Assembly: GCA_026396805.1 (NCBI GenBank)
Contig: JAPLVZ010000012.1
Span: 8,127 to 72,126, forward strand
DNA length: 64,000 bases
Direction of reading: 5' to 3'
From: Candidatus Falkowbacteria bacterium
Lineage (GTDB): Bacteria; Patescibacteriota; Patescibacteriia; Patescibacteriales; UBA12465
Part shown: one piece after another, positions 10,177 to 21,474 of the stretch
Layout: each line of letters begins with the position of its first letter
Position numbering within the stretch: position 1 is the first letter of the stretch
Made by a program: the position numbers and the translations under genes
The notes under the pieces: model-generated
Seen by the model: the letters and a program-made list of their open reading frames with translations, nothing else
Database searches by the model: none
What the model was told of the DNA's origin: nothing

Positions 10177-11265
10177 ATGATTATGTCACACCCCAGAGAT
10201 GGCTTTCCCTTGTCTTTGTATCAGACCAAGGTGGAAAGCTTGACGAAGAAGTTTAATCTTATGAACCCCGCCGATCGCCGCGAATATTTCGAGGCCAAGG
10301 TCGGTCGCGAAATCGCGGATTTAAAAGAGCATTTTAAAACCAATACTTTCATCGCCTATTGGTTAGGCAAGAAAAATTCCGGCAAGGGTACTTACTCTAA
10401 ATTGATAATGGAAATATTCGGCGCCGATAAGATAAGCCATATTTCAGTCGGCGACATCGTTCGTCGTTTGTCCGTTGATTTAGAAGATCCGAAAAAAAAG
10501 GAAGACTTGTTAAAATATTTTGCCGAGCATTATCGCGGTTATATTTCCATTGATGATGCCATTGCCGCTTTTCTCAACCGGGATACGGCTTCTCTTCTAT
10601 CGAACGAGTTTGTCTTGACTTTGGTGAAACGAGAAATTGATTTGTCGCCTAAAAAAATTATTTTTATTGACGGTTTTCCCCGAACCCTGGACCAGGTTTC
10701 CTACGCTTTGTATTTCCGAAATTTAATTGATTATCGCCAAGATCCGGATATTTTTATAGCGATAGATATTCCGGAAAATGTTTTAGATGAACGCATGCGC
10801 GCCCGGGTAGTCTGTCCGATTTGCCAGACGCCGCGCAATCTAAAGTTATTGGCCACTCCGGAAGTCGGTTATGACAAGACCAAAAAGGAATTTTATTTGA
10901 TGTGCGATAATCCGAATTGTAATAAGGCGCGAATGGTGGCCAAAGAAGGGGACAGTTTGGGAATCGAGGCGATTCGCGACCGCCTGGAACTGGATGACGT
11001 CCTGATTAGAAAGGTCTTTTCTTTGCATGGTGTTCCTAAAATAATGTTGCGCAATTCCATCCCGGTAAGCGCCGCTCGCGAGTTAATTGATGATTATGAA
11101 CTGACCCCGGCCTACAGTTATCAGCTAGAAGGTGATAAAGTTAAGACAATCGAGGGTCCCTATGTGGTTAAAGATGATGAAGGAATAGATTCTTACAGTT
11201 TAATGGCTCCGGCCGTTGTTATCCCTTTGATTAAACAACTTCATTCTGTTTTAATCAAAAAATAA
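10177..11265 (+). CDS. Extended adenylate-kinase-like nucleotide monophosphate kinase
   Basis: P-loop GKKNSGKGT, HISVGDIVR, FIDGFPRT, lid with CPIC...CDNPNC. Confidence 0.8.
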   Translation: MIMSHPRDGFPLSLYQTKVESLTKKFNLMNPADRREYFEAKVGREIADLKEHFKTNTFIAYWLGKKNSGKGTYSKLIMEIFGADKISHISVGDIVRRLSVDLEDPKKKEDLLKYFAEHYRGYISIDDAIAAFLNRDTASLLSNEFVLTLVKREIDLSPKKIIFIDGFPRTLDQVSYALYFRNLIDYRQDPDIFIAIDIPENVLDERMRARVVCPICQTPRNLKLLATPEVGYDKTKKEFYLMCDNPNCNKARMVAKEGDSLGIEAIRDRLELDDVLIRKVFSLHGVPKIMLRNSIPVSAARELIDDYELTPAYSYQLEGDKVKTIEGPYVVKDDEGIDSYSLMAPAVVIPLIKQLHSVLIKK

Positions 11266-11314
11266 TTTAAACGTCGGGAGCAAGTACGAATGGAAAAAAT
11301 ATAGCAATAATAAA

Positions 11315-11821
11315 ATGAACGAAACAGAGAAGAAAAAAATATTCATAGCTCGCGTCATAATCGGCAGCGTCGCTTTTATTATTTTGATTCTTTGGGCGTT
11401 TAATCTGAAAAATGTTTGGCAAGATAGCCGAAATAATAATCAAGCTTCCAGCACCGCCTGGTCGAGTCTTAAGGATGATTTGGGAAGGACTTTAGGCGAG
11501 GCTCAAGTTAAGCTTAATCAGATAAAGGGGGATAAGGCGGCCGCGGAAAAGAAGGCCGGTGATGAATTTTTATCCGGACTATTGGAAGAAGCGGTTAAAA
11601 ATGCTTCTTCGTCGGCGCTTACCGCGACTTCTTCCGCTGCCGTTGCGACCTCGTCGCCGATTTTTTCGGCTACGTCCACGCCTAGCGCCGGAAAAATTGC
11701 TTCGTCAACCAAGCCAACCGCTAATTGTCCGCAATATATAGATTGTATGCCGACCATCGGCGCGGCTAAACCTTGCGTCGTGCCGTCCGGATGCGAAGGA
11801 ATAACTTTGATCGCCTACTAA
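11315..11821 (+). CDS. Membrane-anchored hypothetical protein
   Basis: N-terminal TM, Ser/Thr/Ala linker, C-terminal 4-Cys motif (CPQYIDCMP...CVVPSGC). Confidence 0.65.
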   Translation: MNETEKKKIFIARVIIGSVAFIILILWAFNLKNVWQDSRNNNQASSTAWSSLKDDLGRTLGEAQVKLNQIKGDKAAAEKKAGDEFLSGLLEEAVKNASSSALTATSSAAVATSSPIFSATSTPSAGKIASSTKPTANCPQYIDCMPTIGAAKPCVVPSGCEGITLIAY

Positions 11822-11831
11822 ATTTTTCTTT

Positions 11832-14800
11832 ATGTCTAAAACCGAAAAAGAAAAAACCAAGAATATTAAGGAAGAGCCGGCGGAAGCTGTCGCTAATCTG
11901 CGCAAAAAAACCGAATACGGGATCGTGGAAGAACAGCCGATAGTCGAGGAAATGGGCCGGTCGTACCTGGAATACGCGATGAGCGTCATTGTTTCTCGCG
12001 CTCTGCCCGATGTTCGCGACGGTTTGAAACCGGTGCATCGCCGCATCCTTTACGCGATGTGGAGCGTCGGTTTGAAAGCGAACGCGAAATTCCGTAAATC
12101 CGCGACCGTCGTCGGTGAAGTTTTGGGTAAATATCATCCGCATGGTGATAGCGCGGTTTATGAATCCATGGTCAGGATGGCCCAAGATTTTTCTATGCGC
12201 TACCCGCTCGTCCGCGGCCAAGGTAATTTCGGTTCCATGGACGGCGATAATGCGGCGGCCATGCGCTATTGCGTTACCGGCGACACTTTAATTTTAACCG
12301 ACAAGGGAATTTTGCCGATTAAGGAAATTTCTTCTAAGAGCGAAGCGTCGGTTAATTTAAAAGTTTTAAATTACCGCGGCGAGATTACGCGCGCCAGTAA
12401 ATTTTTTAATTCTGGCAAACACGATATTATCAAGGTGACGACCGATCAAGGCTATCAAGTCAGAGGTTCTTATAATCATCCGCTCATGGTCTGGACCAAA
12501 GATTTATTTTTTCGGCCGACTATCGCCTGGAAAATGTTATCAGAATTGACGACGGGCGATCAGGTTCTGATCAGTCGCGGCGCTTCTTTATTTTCCGCGC
12601 GGGACTTAAAATTGCGCCAGTATCATCCGATTTATCGCGCCAAACAGACGCCGGTAAAACTTCCAACGGCGATGAATAAGGATCTGGCCTTTCTATTAGG
12701 GGCTTTAGTATCCGAAGGGAGCTATAGCCGCGGTCAGATATCTTTCAATAATTCTGATTTGAACTTCTATAATAAAGTTAAAGCCATTATTTTAGCGCAA
12801 TTTTCCGGCATCAAATTATATGAGCGGAGAATCAAGGAAAATTGTTGGGAATTAAGTCTTTATCACCGGCAAGCGGTGGAATTTTTAAAAAATATCGGGT
12901 TATCTTTCGCCAAATCCGAATCCAAGGAAATTCCATTTTCAATTTTACAATCTCGTCAAGAAGTCATCCGGAATTTTTTACAAGCCCTGTTTGAAGGCGA
13001 CGGTTCAGTGGGTCATTTAACGGATAAACGCCATGGCGGCGCGGCGATGGAATTGGCCTATCACTCCAAAAGCGCCAAGCTGATTCAGCAATTAAAGACG
13101 GTTTTATTAAATTATCAGATTATTACCACCGCGCCTTATCAGGATAAGCGGAATGAGTGTTATAAATTAATTATTTCCGGCGCGGCCAATATTTTAAATT
13201 TTCAACACCGGATTAATTTTTGGTCAAACCGAAAAAAGTCAATTTTAGCTAAAGTCGAGACGCTTAATCCGGGACGCCTAAGTCGGACAGATTACATTCC
13301 GTTTTTGAACGAGTATTTAAGGGCGAATTATAAGAAATCATTTATTAGCAAAAACAATTTTGACCGCTATAACAGTTTAAGCAAGAATTATGGCGCTTTG
13401 AAAAAGATTTTAAGCGCGGCCGATTTAAATATTATTGATTGGTTGTTGGCCAATAAATTTTTCTTTAACGGAATCAAAACCGTGGAGCGCCTGAAAATCA
13501 AAGAAACGGTTTATTCGGTTAAAGTGGATAGCCTTTGCCATTCTTTTATCGCCAACGGTTTTGTTAATCATAATACGGAAGCGAAATTATCGGCCGTCGC
13601 CGAAGAAATGCTTTTTGATATTGATAAAGATACGGTGGATTTTATTCCGAATTACGACGGCAGTCATAAAGAGCCGCGCCTTTTGCCCTCCAAATTGCCG
13701 AACTTGCTTTTAAACGGTACGATGGGAATCGCGGTCGGTATGTCCACGAATATTCCGCCCCATAACTTAAAGGAACTGGCGGACGCGATTGATCATCTGA
13801 TTACCAACCCCGAGGCGAGCGTTGAAGATCTGATGCAATTCGTCAAAGGTCCGGATTTCCCGACCGGCGGCATTATTTATGATAAGAAAGAAATCCTGGC
13901 CGCTTACGCGACCGGCAAAGGCGGTGTTGTCGTCCGCGGTAAAGCGGAAATTGAAGAAGAAAAGGGCGGCGGTTTCCGGATTATCGTTTCCGAAATTCCC
14001 TATCAGGTCAATAAAGCCGATCTGGTCGAGAAGATTGCCGATTTGGTCAGAGAAAAGAAAATTGAAGGAATTAAAGGCCTGCGCGACGAGTCGGATAAGG
14101 ACGGCGTCCGCATCGTGATCGAACTCAAGAAAGATTCTTATCCGAAAAAGATTTTAAATAGCTTGTATAAGCATACATCTTTACAGACGACTTTCCATCT
14201 TAATATGCTCGCGCTCGTTGACGGTATCCAGCCGAAAGTCCTGACTTTAAAGATGATTCTGGAAGAATATATTAAACATCGCCAAGAAGTGGTCCGGCGT
14301 CGGACTTTATTTGATTTGAATAAAGCTAAAGATCGCGCTCATATCCTGGAAGGCCTCATGATCGCCTTAAAGCACATCGATGAAGTCATTAAGACTATTA
14401 AAGCTTCTAAAGATAAAGAAGTCGCCAAGATTAATTTAATTAAGAAGTTTAAACTTTCTGAAAGGCAAGCTATTGCCATCTTGGAAATGCGCCTGCAGAA
14501 TTTGGCGAACCTGGAACAGTTGAGAGTCGAGGAAGAATGGAAGGAAAAAATGAAATTAATAAAAGAACTGGAAACAATTCTTAAGTCTGTCGCTCGTATC
14601 AGAGCGATTGTTAAGGATGAACTGAAAGAGCTCGCTAATAAATATGGCGATGAGCGCCGGACGGCGGTCGTCGTCCATGGCGTCAAGGAATTCAGCATGG
14701 AAGATCTAGTGCCAAATGAAGAAACGGTCGTCATGATGACGCGCGACGGCTATATCAAGCGCTTGGAGCCGGATACTTTCAAAGTTCAGGCCCGAGGCGG

Positions 14801-15662
14801 CAAAGGCGTTATGGGATTGACGACTAAGGAAGAAGACACGGTGGATTTCATGTTCACTTCCCAGACTCATAACGACGTCTTATTCTTTACGACCAAGGGC
14901 CGCGTCTTTCAGCTTAAAGTTTATGAGATTCCGCAAGCCTCCCGGATTGCCAAAGGCACGCCGGTCGTCAATTTTTTGCAGCTTATCGGCGGCGAGCAGA
15001 TTTCTTCTATCCTGCCTTTGGACAAAGCGGTTTTCAGCAAGTATTTATTTTTCGCGACCGCGCAAGGGCTCGTTAAAAAAGTGGAACTCGGCGCTTTCAG
15101 TAATGTCCGCCGCAGCGGTCTGATCGCGATTAAGATAAAGGAAGACGATAAGTTAATCTGGGTCAAACCGACTTCCGGCTCCGATCATATCCAATTAATT
15201 ACGGCCAAAGGCCAGGCCATCCGTTTCAAAGAAACAGATGTCCGCGAAATGGGTCGCGGCGCCGCCGGTGTTCATGGCATCAGATTGCATAAAGCTGATA
15301 CTCTAATCGGCGTCGGCATCGCCAAGACCGACAAGGAAAGAAAGCGCACTTATCAAATTTTGACTATCATGGCGCATGGTTTCGGCAAGCGCACGGATTT
15401 CTCCGCTTACAAAGTTCAAGGCCGAGGCGGTAGCGGCATCAAGACCGCGAAAGTTACCGATAAGACCGGCGATATCACCAACGCCTTTTTAGTCAACGCC
15501 GAGGTGATGGAGGGTCGTGATTTGATTATTATCTCCGACCAAGGCCAAGTTATCCGTACGCCGTTCAAATCGGTCAGCGTGCTTGGCCGCGATACGCAAG
15601 GCGTCAAGATAATGAGATTTAAGGAAGAAAATGACAAAGTTGCCGGAGTTACTTGGGTATAA
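11832..15662 (+). CDS. gyrA: DNA gyrase subunit A, intein-containing
   Basis: [29 protein letters not shown]|intein|TEA, GyrA-box QARGGKG, beta-pinwheel repeats. Confidence 0.98.
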   Translation: MSKTEKEKTKNIKEEPAEAVANLRKKTEYGIVEEQPIVEEMGRSYLEYAMSVIVSRALPDVRDGLKPVHRRILYAMWSVGLKANAKFRKSATVVGEVLGKYHPHGDSAVYESMVRMAQDFSMRYPLVRGQGNFGSMDGDNAAAMRYCVTGDTLILTDKGILPIKEISSKSEASVNLKVLNYRGEITRASKFFNSGKHDIIKVTTDQGYQVRGSYNHPLMVWTKDLFFRPTIAWKMLSELTTGDQVLISRGASLFSARDLKLRQYHPIYRAKQTPVKLPTAMNKDLAFLLGALVSEGSYSRGQISFNNSDLNFYNKVKAIILAQFSGIKLYERRIKENCWELSLYHRQAVEFLKNIGLSFAKSESKEIPFSILQSRQEVIRNFLQALFEGDGSVGHLTDKRHGGAAMELAYHSKSAKLIQQLKTVLLNYQIITTAPYQDKRNECYKLIISGAANILNFQHRINFWSNRKKSILAKVETLNPGRLSRTDYIPFLNEYLRANYKKSFISKNNFDRYNSLSKNYGALKKILSAADLNIIDWLLANKFFFNGIKTVERLKIKETVYSVKVDSLCHSFIANGFVNHNTEAKLSAVAEEMLFDIDKDTVDFIPNYDGSHKEPRLLPSKLPNLLLNGTMGIAVGMSTNIPPHNLKELADAIDHLITNPEASVEDLMQFVKGPDFPTGGIIYDKKEILAAYATGKGGVVVRGKAEIEEEKGGGFRIIVSEIPYQVNKADLVEKIADLVREKKIEGIKGLRDESDKDGVRIVIELKKDSYPKKILNSLYKHTSLQTTFHLNMLALVDGIQPKVLTLKMILEEYIKHRQEVVRRRTLFDLNKAKDRAHILEGLMIALKHIDEVIKTIKASKDKEVAKINLIKKFKLSERQAIAILEMRLQNLANLEQLRVEEEWKEKMKLIKELETILKSVARIRAIVKDELKELANKYGDERRTAVVVHGVKEFSMEDLVPNEETVVMMTRDGYIKRLEPDTFKVQARGGKGVMGLTTKEEDTVDFMFTSQTHNDVLFFTTKGRVFQLKVYEIPQASRIAKGTPVVNFLQLIGGEQISSILPLDKAVFSKYLFFATAQGLVKKVELGAFSNVRRSGLIAIKIKEDDKLIWVKPTSGSDHIQLITAKGQAIRFKETDVREMGRGAAGVHGIRLHKADTLIGVGIAKTDKERKRTYQILTIMAHGFGKRTDFSAYKVQGRGGSGIKTAKVTDKTGDITNAFLVNAEVMEGRDLIIISDQGQVIRTPFKSVSVLGRDTQGVKIMRFKEENDKVAGVTWV
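12270..13574 (+). mobile_element. 435-aa intein with LAGLIDADG homing endonuclease in GyrA
   Basis: CVTGDT...NHPL...FVNHN|T. LAGLIDADG-like LGALVSEGS and [10 protein letters not shown]. Inserted right after the catalytic Tyr. Confidence 0.95.
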
Positions 15663-15699
15663 ATTGAAGAAATTTAGACTAAAATAAATATTTGATATG

Positions 15700-15731
15700 T
15701 AAAAATCGGTTTTTAGATCCGATTTTTATTT
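15700..15731 (+). terminator. Probable bidirectional terminator after gyrA
   Basis: TAAAAATCGG / CCGATTTTTA inverted repeat. Confidence 0.6.
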
Positions 15732-15780
15732 AGTCTTGTCAACTTTAAAAAAGTCGGAGATTGGGCTATAATTCAAATAT

Positions 15781-16908
15781 ATGAATAATTATTTAATCGT
15801 CTTTTTCTTAATAATTCTGATAATCGGCGTCGCGGCCGTGATTTCTTTGCTTTTAAAGAAAAAAGACGGTACTGACAGCGGGAAATTAGACGCCCTAGCG
15901 GAACGATTGATCCAACAATCGGAAAAATTGTCACACTTATCCCAGCAGAACGGGGAGTTGCGCGGCGAATTGGACCGGAAATTATCAGAAACGCACCGAG
16001 CGAACCAAGATCAATTCGGCCAGACCGTTAAGATAGTCCAGAATATCAACGCCCAATCGGCGCGGCTGATTGCCGATGTGACCGAGAAGCTGACTAAGCT
16101 GGACGAAACAAATAAGCAGGTCGTTAATTTTTCTTCCCAGCTTCAGAGTTTGCAGGATATTCTCAAAAACCCGAAACAGCGCGGTGTGCTCGGTGAGTAT
16201 TTTTTAGAGGAGACTTTAAGAAATGTCTTACCGCCGGGTTCTTACGAAATGCAATATAAGATGGGCAAGGACGAAAAAACCGGAAAAGATTTAATCGTCG
16301 ACGCGGTCGTTTTCGTTAAAGATAAAATAATTCCGATTGACGCGAAATTTTCGCTGGAAAATTATGAGCGGATTTTAAACGCCACCGATGCGGAGACACG
16401 GGAAAAACTGGAACAGGAATTCAAGAAAGACCTGAAGAATCGGATTGATGAAACGGCCAAATATGTCTTGCCGGAAAGGAAAACTCTGGAATTCGCCTTT
16501 ATGTTCATCCCTTCGGAGGCGATTTATTACGATTTGCTCGTCAATAAAGTCGGCGCGATTAAGACCAATACGCGCGACCTGATTGAATACGCTTTTCGCG
16601 ACAAGAAAGTCATTATCGTTTCCCCGACTTCTTTCCTGGCTTATCTACAGACGGTTCTCCAGGGCTTGAAGGCGATGCAGATAGAGGAAAAAGCGCTGGA
16701 AATAAGAGCGAATATTGAAAAATTGGGCAAGCATATGGCCGGCTATGATGAGTTTATTAAAAAATTGGGATTAAGCTTATCAACAACGGTTAATCATTAT
16801 AATAACGCGGCCGGAGAATTCAAGAAAATAGATAAGGACGTGATGAAAATTACCGGCGGCAAAAGCGAGATTGAGGTTTTAACGATTGAGCGTCCGAAGC
16901 AAAGTTAA
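15781..16908 (+). CDS. rmuC: DNA recombination protein RmuC
   Basis: N-terminal TM and coiled coil, KQRGVLGE, IPIDAKF, FAFMFIPSE, IVSPTS. Confidence 0.93.
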   Translation: MNNYLIVFFLIILIIGVAAVISLLLKKKDGTDSGKLDALAERLIQQSEKLSHLSQQNGELRGELDRKLSETHRANQDQFGQTVKIVQNINAQSARLIADVTEKLTKLDETNKQVVNFSSQLQSLQDILKNPKQRGVLGEYFLEETLRNVLPPGSYEMQYKMGKDEKTGKDLIVDAVVFVKDKIIPIDAKFSLENYERILNATDAETREKLEQEFKKDLKNRIDETAKYVLPERKTLEFAFMFIPSEAIYYDLLVNKVGAIKTNTRDLIEYAFRDKKVIIVSPTSFLAYLQTVLQGLKAMQIEEKALEIRANIEKLGKHMAGYDEFIKKLGLSLSTTVNHYNNAAGEFKKIDKDVMKITGGKSEIEVLTIERPKQS

Positions 16909-16912
16909 TTAC

Positions 16913-17815
16913 ATGCCGGAATCTGAAATTAAACCGGAGCGTCAATTAAAAGAGGCAATTATCAAAGTGCTTGTTTTTTTTGATTTGTTCGACCATCCTT
17001 TAACGGCTTATGAAATTTGGATGAAGCTTGACAAAAAATGGGGCTTGACCGAGATTTTGGATTTTTTAGATAAGGAAATACTAAAACCCGCCGCGGCTCT
17101 TAGTCAGAGAAGCGGCTTTTATTTTTTAGTTGGCCGAGAGGAAATCACGACGATAAGACAGAGGCGTTATAATTATAGCGCCGAGAAAATGAAGATTGCC
17201 CGCCGGTTCGCGCGCATTTTTTCGCTTTTGCCGTTTGTGCGGATGGTCGCCCTGGCTAATTCGCTCGGCCAATATAATTCGCGCGCCGAGAGCGATATTG
17301 ATTTTTTTATTGTTAGCGCCCCGCATCGCGTCTGGCTCGCGCGCTTATACTGTACCGGCTTGGCTAAGCTCTTAAATCGCCGGCCGAACGCGACCGATAA
17401 GAAGGATAAGATCTGTTTAAGCTTTTATGTCGCCGCCGACCGCCTCTGCCTGGATGATTTGCGTCTTCAAGGAGAAGACCCTTACTTTGATTATTGGCGC
17501 CGGTCCTTGGTTTTATTGTATAATAAGGACAAGACTTATGAACGATTCTTAGAAGTTAATGAATTATCTTTTGGGTCGGTCGCCGTTGGAGCGGCTATAT
17601 CCCCAAAGCCTAATATTTTTTTAGACAAATTGGAAATTCTGGCCAAGAGATTCCAATTAGCTATCATGCCGGCCGAATTAAAGTCAAGCATGAATAATTC
17701 CGACGGCGTCGTTATTAATGATTCAATCTTAAAATTATACCGGCGCGATCGGCGCCGGGAATACGCGGAAAAATATGGAAACAAAATTAATGAAATTCTT
17801 AAAGAAGACAATTGA
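16913..17815 (+). CDS. Hypothetical protein with nucleotidyltransferase-like motif
   Basis: ANSLG...ESDIDFFIV resembles the Pol-beta superfamily GS..DxD motif. Confidence 0.6.
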   Translation: MPESEIKPERQLKEAIIKVLVFFDLFDHPLTAYEIWMKLDKKWGLTEILDFLDKEILKPAAALSQRSGFYFLVGREEITTIRQRRYNYSAEKMKIARRFARIFSLLPFVRMVALANSLGQYNSRAESDIDFFIVSAPHRVWLARLYCTGLAKLLNRRPNATDKKDKICLSFYVAADRLCLDDLRLQGEDPYFDYWRRSLVLLYNKDKTYERFLEVNELSFGSVAVGAAISPKPNIFLDKLEILAKRFQLAIMPAELKSSMNNSDGVVINDSILKLYRRDRRREYAEKYGNKINEILKEDN

Positions 17816-19076
17816 ATATTCTTTTTATGTTTTTGTTTTTCTTTTCCCATGGCAAACTAAATTGATTCTCCGTCCGGCCGACACTAATTTCAATGAGATT
17901 AGCCTTTACGTCAGCCATTTATTATTACTCTTGATACTGATTATCTTTTTTATTTATCAGCTCAAGCGTTCGGAAAAAGGCGGTACCATTTCTTGGCTCT
18001 GGTGGGCCTTGGCCGGTTTGGAAATAGCGGTTCTCATATCCTTTTTTGTCGCACCCGACAAGGTTTTGGCTTTTTATCATTATCTCCTATTTTTAATGGG
18101 AGTCGGAGTTTTTTATCTGCTCCGAGAAGGGACCGAGAGCTTCGGTTATGAGAATAAATGTCTTGATCAAATCAAAATAATCTATGTTTTTTTAGCCAGC
18201 TTATTTTTTCAAGCGGTGCTCGGCATTTATCAATTCTTAAGCCAGAGTTCTTTCGTTTCTAAATATTTGGGGTTGGCCGCTCATGATCCGGAAACATTGG
18301 GGACGGCGGTCGTTGAGACCGCTTCCGGCCGCTGGTTGAGAGTTTATGGCGGAATGGATCATCCCAATATTTTTGGCGGGGTTTTGGCGATCGCTTTGAT
18401 TCTCGCCGCTTATCTTTTGGCGAAAAAGAAGATAATCCGGACGAAGCAGAAAATCGGCGAATCCATCTTCTTGTTCATTTTTTATTTTGTCGCCCTCTTC
18501 GCCTTATTTTTTACATTTTCGAGAACCGCCTGGATCGCTTATGCCGTCAGCTTAGCCGTTCTCTTAATAAGCTTGATAAGACAAAAAGACCGCTGGGTTA
18601 TCGGTCGTTATCTGGCGCTGATCTTTTTTTCCGGCGTCATGATTTTTATTATCGCTTACCCTTACCAGTCGTTGCTTCAGGTTCGCCTCCAAGGCGAGAC
18701 GCGTCTGGAGCAGAAATCAACGAGCGAGCGTCTTGATTATTTAGGACAAGCGGAAGACTTAATCAAGAGCCATTATTTAACGGGCGTCGGTGTCGGTAAT
18801 TATTCTTTATTTTTAAGACAGGCGGATAATTATAAGAAGGCGGTTTGGGATTACCAGCCGGTCCATAATTTTTTCTTGCTCCTCTGGGCGGAAGCCGGGG
18901 TCTTCGCCTTGTTTTTCTTTGGCGCTTTCCTCATAATGATGGTTAAAAAAAATCGCCGCGCGGTATATTCGGGAGCGATTTTGGCGGCGTTAGTCGTTAT
19001 CATGTTGCTGGATCATTGGCTTTTAAGCCTGCCTTTCGGTTTGTTATTTTTATTCCTGATTCTCGGGCTGATTTGA
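17775..19076 (+). CDS. O-antigen ligase / Wzy_C family membrane protein
   Basis: About 12 TMs; RVYGGMDHPNIFGG, TFSRTAW, GVGVGNY, PVHN. Confidence 0.85.
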   Translation: METKLMKFLKKTIEYSFYVFVFLFPWQTKLILRPADTNFNEISLYVSHLLLLLILIIFFIYQLKRSEKGGTISWLWWALAGLEIAVLISFFVAPDKVLAFYHYLLFLMGVGVFYLLREGTESFGYENKCLDQIKIIYVFLASLFFQAVLGIYQFLSQSSFVSKYLGLAAHDPETLGTAVVETASGRWLRVYGGMDHPNIFGGVLAIALILAAYLLAKKKIIRTKQKIGESIFLFIFYFVALFALFFTFSRTAWIAYAVSLAVLLISLIRQKDRWVIGRYLALIFFSGVMIFIIAYPYQSLLQVRLQGETRLEQKSTSERLDYLGQAEDLIKSHYLTGVGVGNYSLFLRQADNYKKAVWDYQPVHNFFLLLWAEAGVFALFFFGAFLIMMVKKNRRAVYSGAILAALVVIMLLDHWLLSLPFGLLFLFLILGLI

Positions 19077-19309
19077 GAACGGTGTTTTATTTCATAATTT
19101 TTCTGCAGGAACAGCAAATCATCGGTCAGATTTTTTAGAGTTTTATTTAAGACGGCGTCAGTATAGCCGTCTTTTTTAATCCGCTGTTTCAGTAAATTCA
19201 AAACGGTCGCGATCGTACCGAAATAATCAGCGCTTTTGATATGGAATTTGACGCTCGCTTCGTCTTTTAGCAAATGTATAATTGGAGTTAGTTGGTATTT
19301 TTTAGGCAT
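19013..19309 (-). CDS. Hypothetical protein downstream of radC
   Basis: 98-aa ORF starting 3 nt after the radC stop. Confidence 0.55.
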   Translation of the reverse strand: MPKKYQLTPIIHLLKDEASVKFHIKSADYFGTIATVLNLLKQRIKKDGYTDAVLNKTLKNLTDDLLFLQKNYEIKHRSQISPRIRNKNNKPKGRLKSQ

Positions 19310-19312
19310 GAA

Positions 19313-20029
19313 TTAAATAATACTCGTGAATTTATTTTTACCGATAATGAGATGATCCAAAACTTCAATATCCAGGATATTTCCGGCTTCAATCAGCTTG
19401 TTGGTTATTTCAATGTCGGCTTTAGTCGCCTTGATTACTCCGGAAGGATGGTTATGGGCGATGACGACGGCGGCCGCGGAATATTCCAGGGCCGGTCGGA
19501 AGACTTCACGCGCTTGAACCAAGGAAGAGTCTAAAGTCCCGATAGAAATAACTTCATCATGGATGAGCTGATAATGCGTATTAAGATAGAGGCCGCGGAA
19601 TTGTTCTTTATTAAGGCTGCCCATATCCTTCAAATATTCAAAAGCTTGTTTGGCGGTCCTGACGGTGATTGATCCCCCGGGTTTTTTCTGGTAAAAACGA
19701 CGACCCAGCTCAAAACAGGCGACTATTTGGCAAGCCTTTACCAAAGGAATTTTTAAATCGCGTTCAATAACGCTCGGGTCTTTCTGATAAGCGATGCCTT
19801 TTTCTCCGTATTCTCGCAGTAGGCGGCTGGACATAGAATATACTTCTTCTTTTTTCGTGCCCACACCCAAGATGATAGCTAAAAGTTCGGCGGAACTAAG
19901 CGATCCGACTCCGTCTTTAATCATTTTTTCGCGCGGCTTTTCTTCGTCAGGCATGTCCTTGACGCGAAGAATCTTATATTGTTTGCCATGGTTCAGGACG
20001 AAATTCCGGTCGCTTATTTTATAAGGCAT
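19313..20029 (-). CDS. radC: RadC / JAB-domain protein
   Basis: EKPREK, ELLAIILG, AHNHPSG, VLDHLII. Confidence 0.94.
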   Translation of the reverse strand: MPYKISDRNFVLNHGKQYKILRVKDMPDEEKPREKMIKDGVGSLSSAELLAIILGVGTKKEEVYSMSSRLLREYGEKGIAYQKDPSVIERDLKIPLVKACQIVACFELGRRFYQKKPGGSITVRTAKQAFEYLKDMGSLNKEQFRGLYLNTHYQLIHDEVISIGTLDSSLVQAREVFRPALEYSAAAVVIAHNHPSGVIKATKADIEITNKLIEAGNILDIEVLDHLIIGKNKFTSII

Positions 20030-20142
20030 AATTTTTCTAAATTAATGATGATAAGCCAGATTTCCTTACTTTGAATTATATCAAAGATGTGGTAAATTTA
20101 AAACACGAGAACGGTTTGATATTTAAAATACCGAGTAATTAT

Positions 20143-21408
20143 ATGAATAGATATAAAGTTAATATTTTGTCAAATAAGATACCGTTGATCACGGTACCGA
20201 TAAAAGGAGCGCCGACCGCGACCGCTTTAGTTATAATTAAAGCCGGCTCTAAGTATGAAACCGCCGCCAGTAACGGCCTGTCTCATTTTTTGGAGCATAT
20301 GTTCTTTAAAGGAACGGTTAAGCGTCCGAACACCTTAGCGCTAGCCAGCGAGCTGGATTCGCTCGGCGGAGAATATAATGCCTTTACAGCCAAAGAATTT
20401 ACCGGCTATTGGGTAAAGGTAGCGGCGTCAAAATTACCGGCGGCTCTTGATATCATTAGCGACATGCTTTTGGATTCTAAAATTGAAACGGCGGAAATCG
20501 AGAGAGAAAAAGGCGTTATCATCGAAGAATTGAATATGTATGAGGATAATCCGATGATGCACGTGGAAGACGTTTTTGAATCCTGTCTTTACGGCGATAC
20601 TCCGGCCGGCTGGGAAACCATCGGCACCAAAAAAAACATTTCTAACTTCAAGCGCGCCGATTTTATTAAATATTTAAAAGCGCAATATGGTTCTAAGTCA
20701 ATATATATTATTCTGGTTGGGGGAATAAAAGAGGAAGCGAAAAAAACGGCCGTGGAGATGTTTTCTAAATTTAAAGCCAATAAGTGGCGGAACAAGCCGG
20801 CGGTCCGAGAGACCCAGAAAACGCCGCAAATGCTGGTTGTTTATAAAAAAACCGATCAGATAAACCTGTCTCTGGGAGTTCGCGCTTGCTCGATCGGACA
20901 TCCGGATGAATTCAAGATCAAGTTATTATCCATAATTCTCGGCGGCTCGATGAGTTCGCGTTTATTCATCAGTTTGCGCGAACGCAACGGTTTGGCTTAT
21001 TACGTCCGGACTATAAATGAGACCTATTCCGATTCCGGCTATCTGACGACGCAAGCCGGCGTACCGATTGCGAAAACGGAAGCGGCGATTAAGATTATTT
21101 TGAAAGAATATAAAAATCTGACGACGGAACTTGTCAGCGCGCCAGAACTGAAGCGCGCCAAGGACTTATTGCAAGGCAAATCGTTGTTACAGATGGAAGC
21201 GACTGATAATCTCGCGACTTGGTACGCCCGCCAAGCGGTTTTACGTCGGAAAATAATGACGCCGGGAGAATTTCTAAAGAAGATAAATAAAGTGACGGCG
21301 AGCGAACTGCGCGTCGTGGCCAAGAAGATATTTCGGGACAGCGGTTTGAATCTGGCTTTAATTGGCCAAGCCAGCGCTGGTAAATTTAAGAGTATTTTGA
21401 AGTTTTAA
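20143..21408 (+). CDS. M16 family zinc peptidase
   Basis: GLSHFLEHMFFKGT (HxxEH), NAFT, SSRLF...RERNGLAY. Confidence 0.93.
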   Translation: MNRYKVNILSNKIPLITVPIKGAPTATALVIIKAGSKYETAASNGLSHFLEHMFFKGTVKRPNTLALASELDSLGGEYNAFTAKEFTGYWVKVAASKLPAALDIISDMLLDSKIETAEIEREKGVIIEELNMYEDNPMMHVEDVFESCLYGDTPAGWETIGTKKNISNFKRADFIKYLKAQYGSKSIYIILVGGIKEEAKKTAVEMFSKFKANKWRNKPAVRETQKTPQMLVVYKKTDQINLSLGVRACSIGHPDEFKIKLLSIILGGSMSSRLFISLRERNGLAYYVRTINETYSDSGYLTTQAGVPIAKTEAAIKIILKEYKNLTTELVSAPELKRAKDLLQGKSLLQMEATDNLATWYARQAVLRRKIMTPGEFLKKINKVTASELRVVAKKIFRDSGLNLALIGQASAGKFKSILKF

Positions 21409-21474
21409 TTTAATTAAATACGCTTTTAGTGTCGCTTAATTCAGTTTGATGATTATAATTCTATAATCGCTAGC

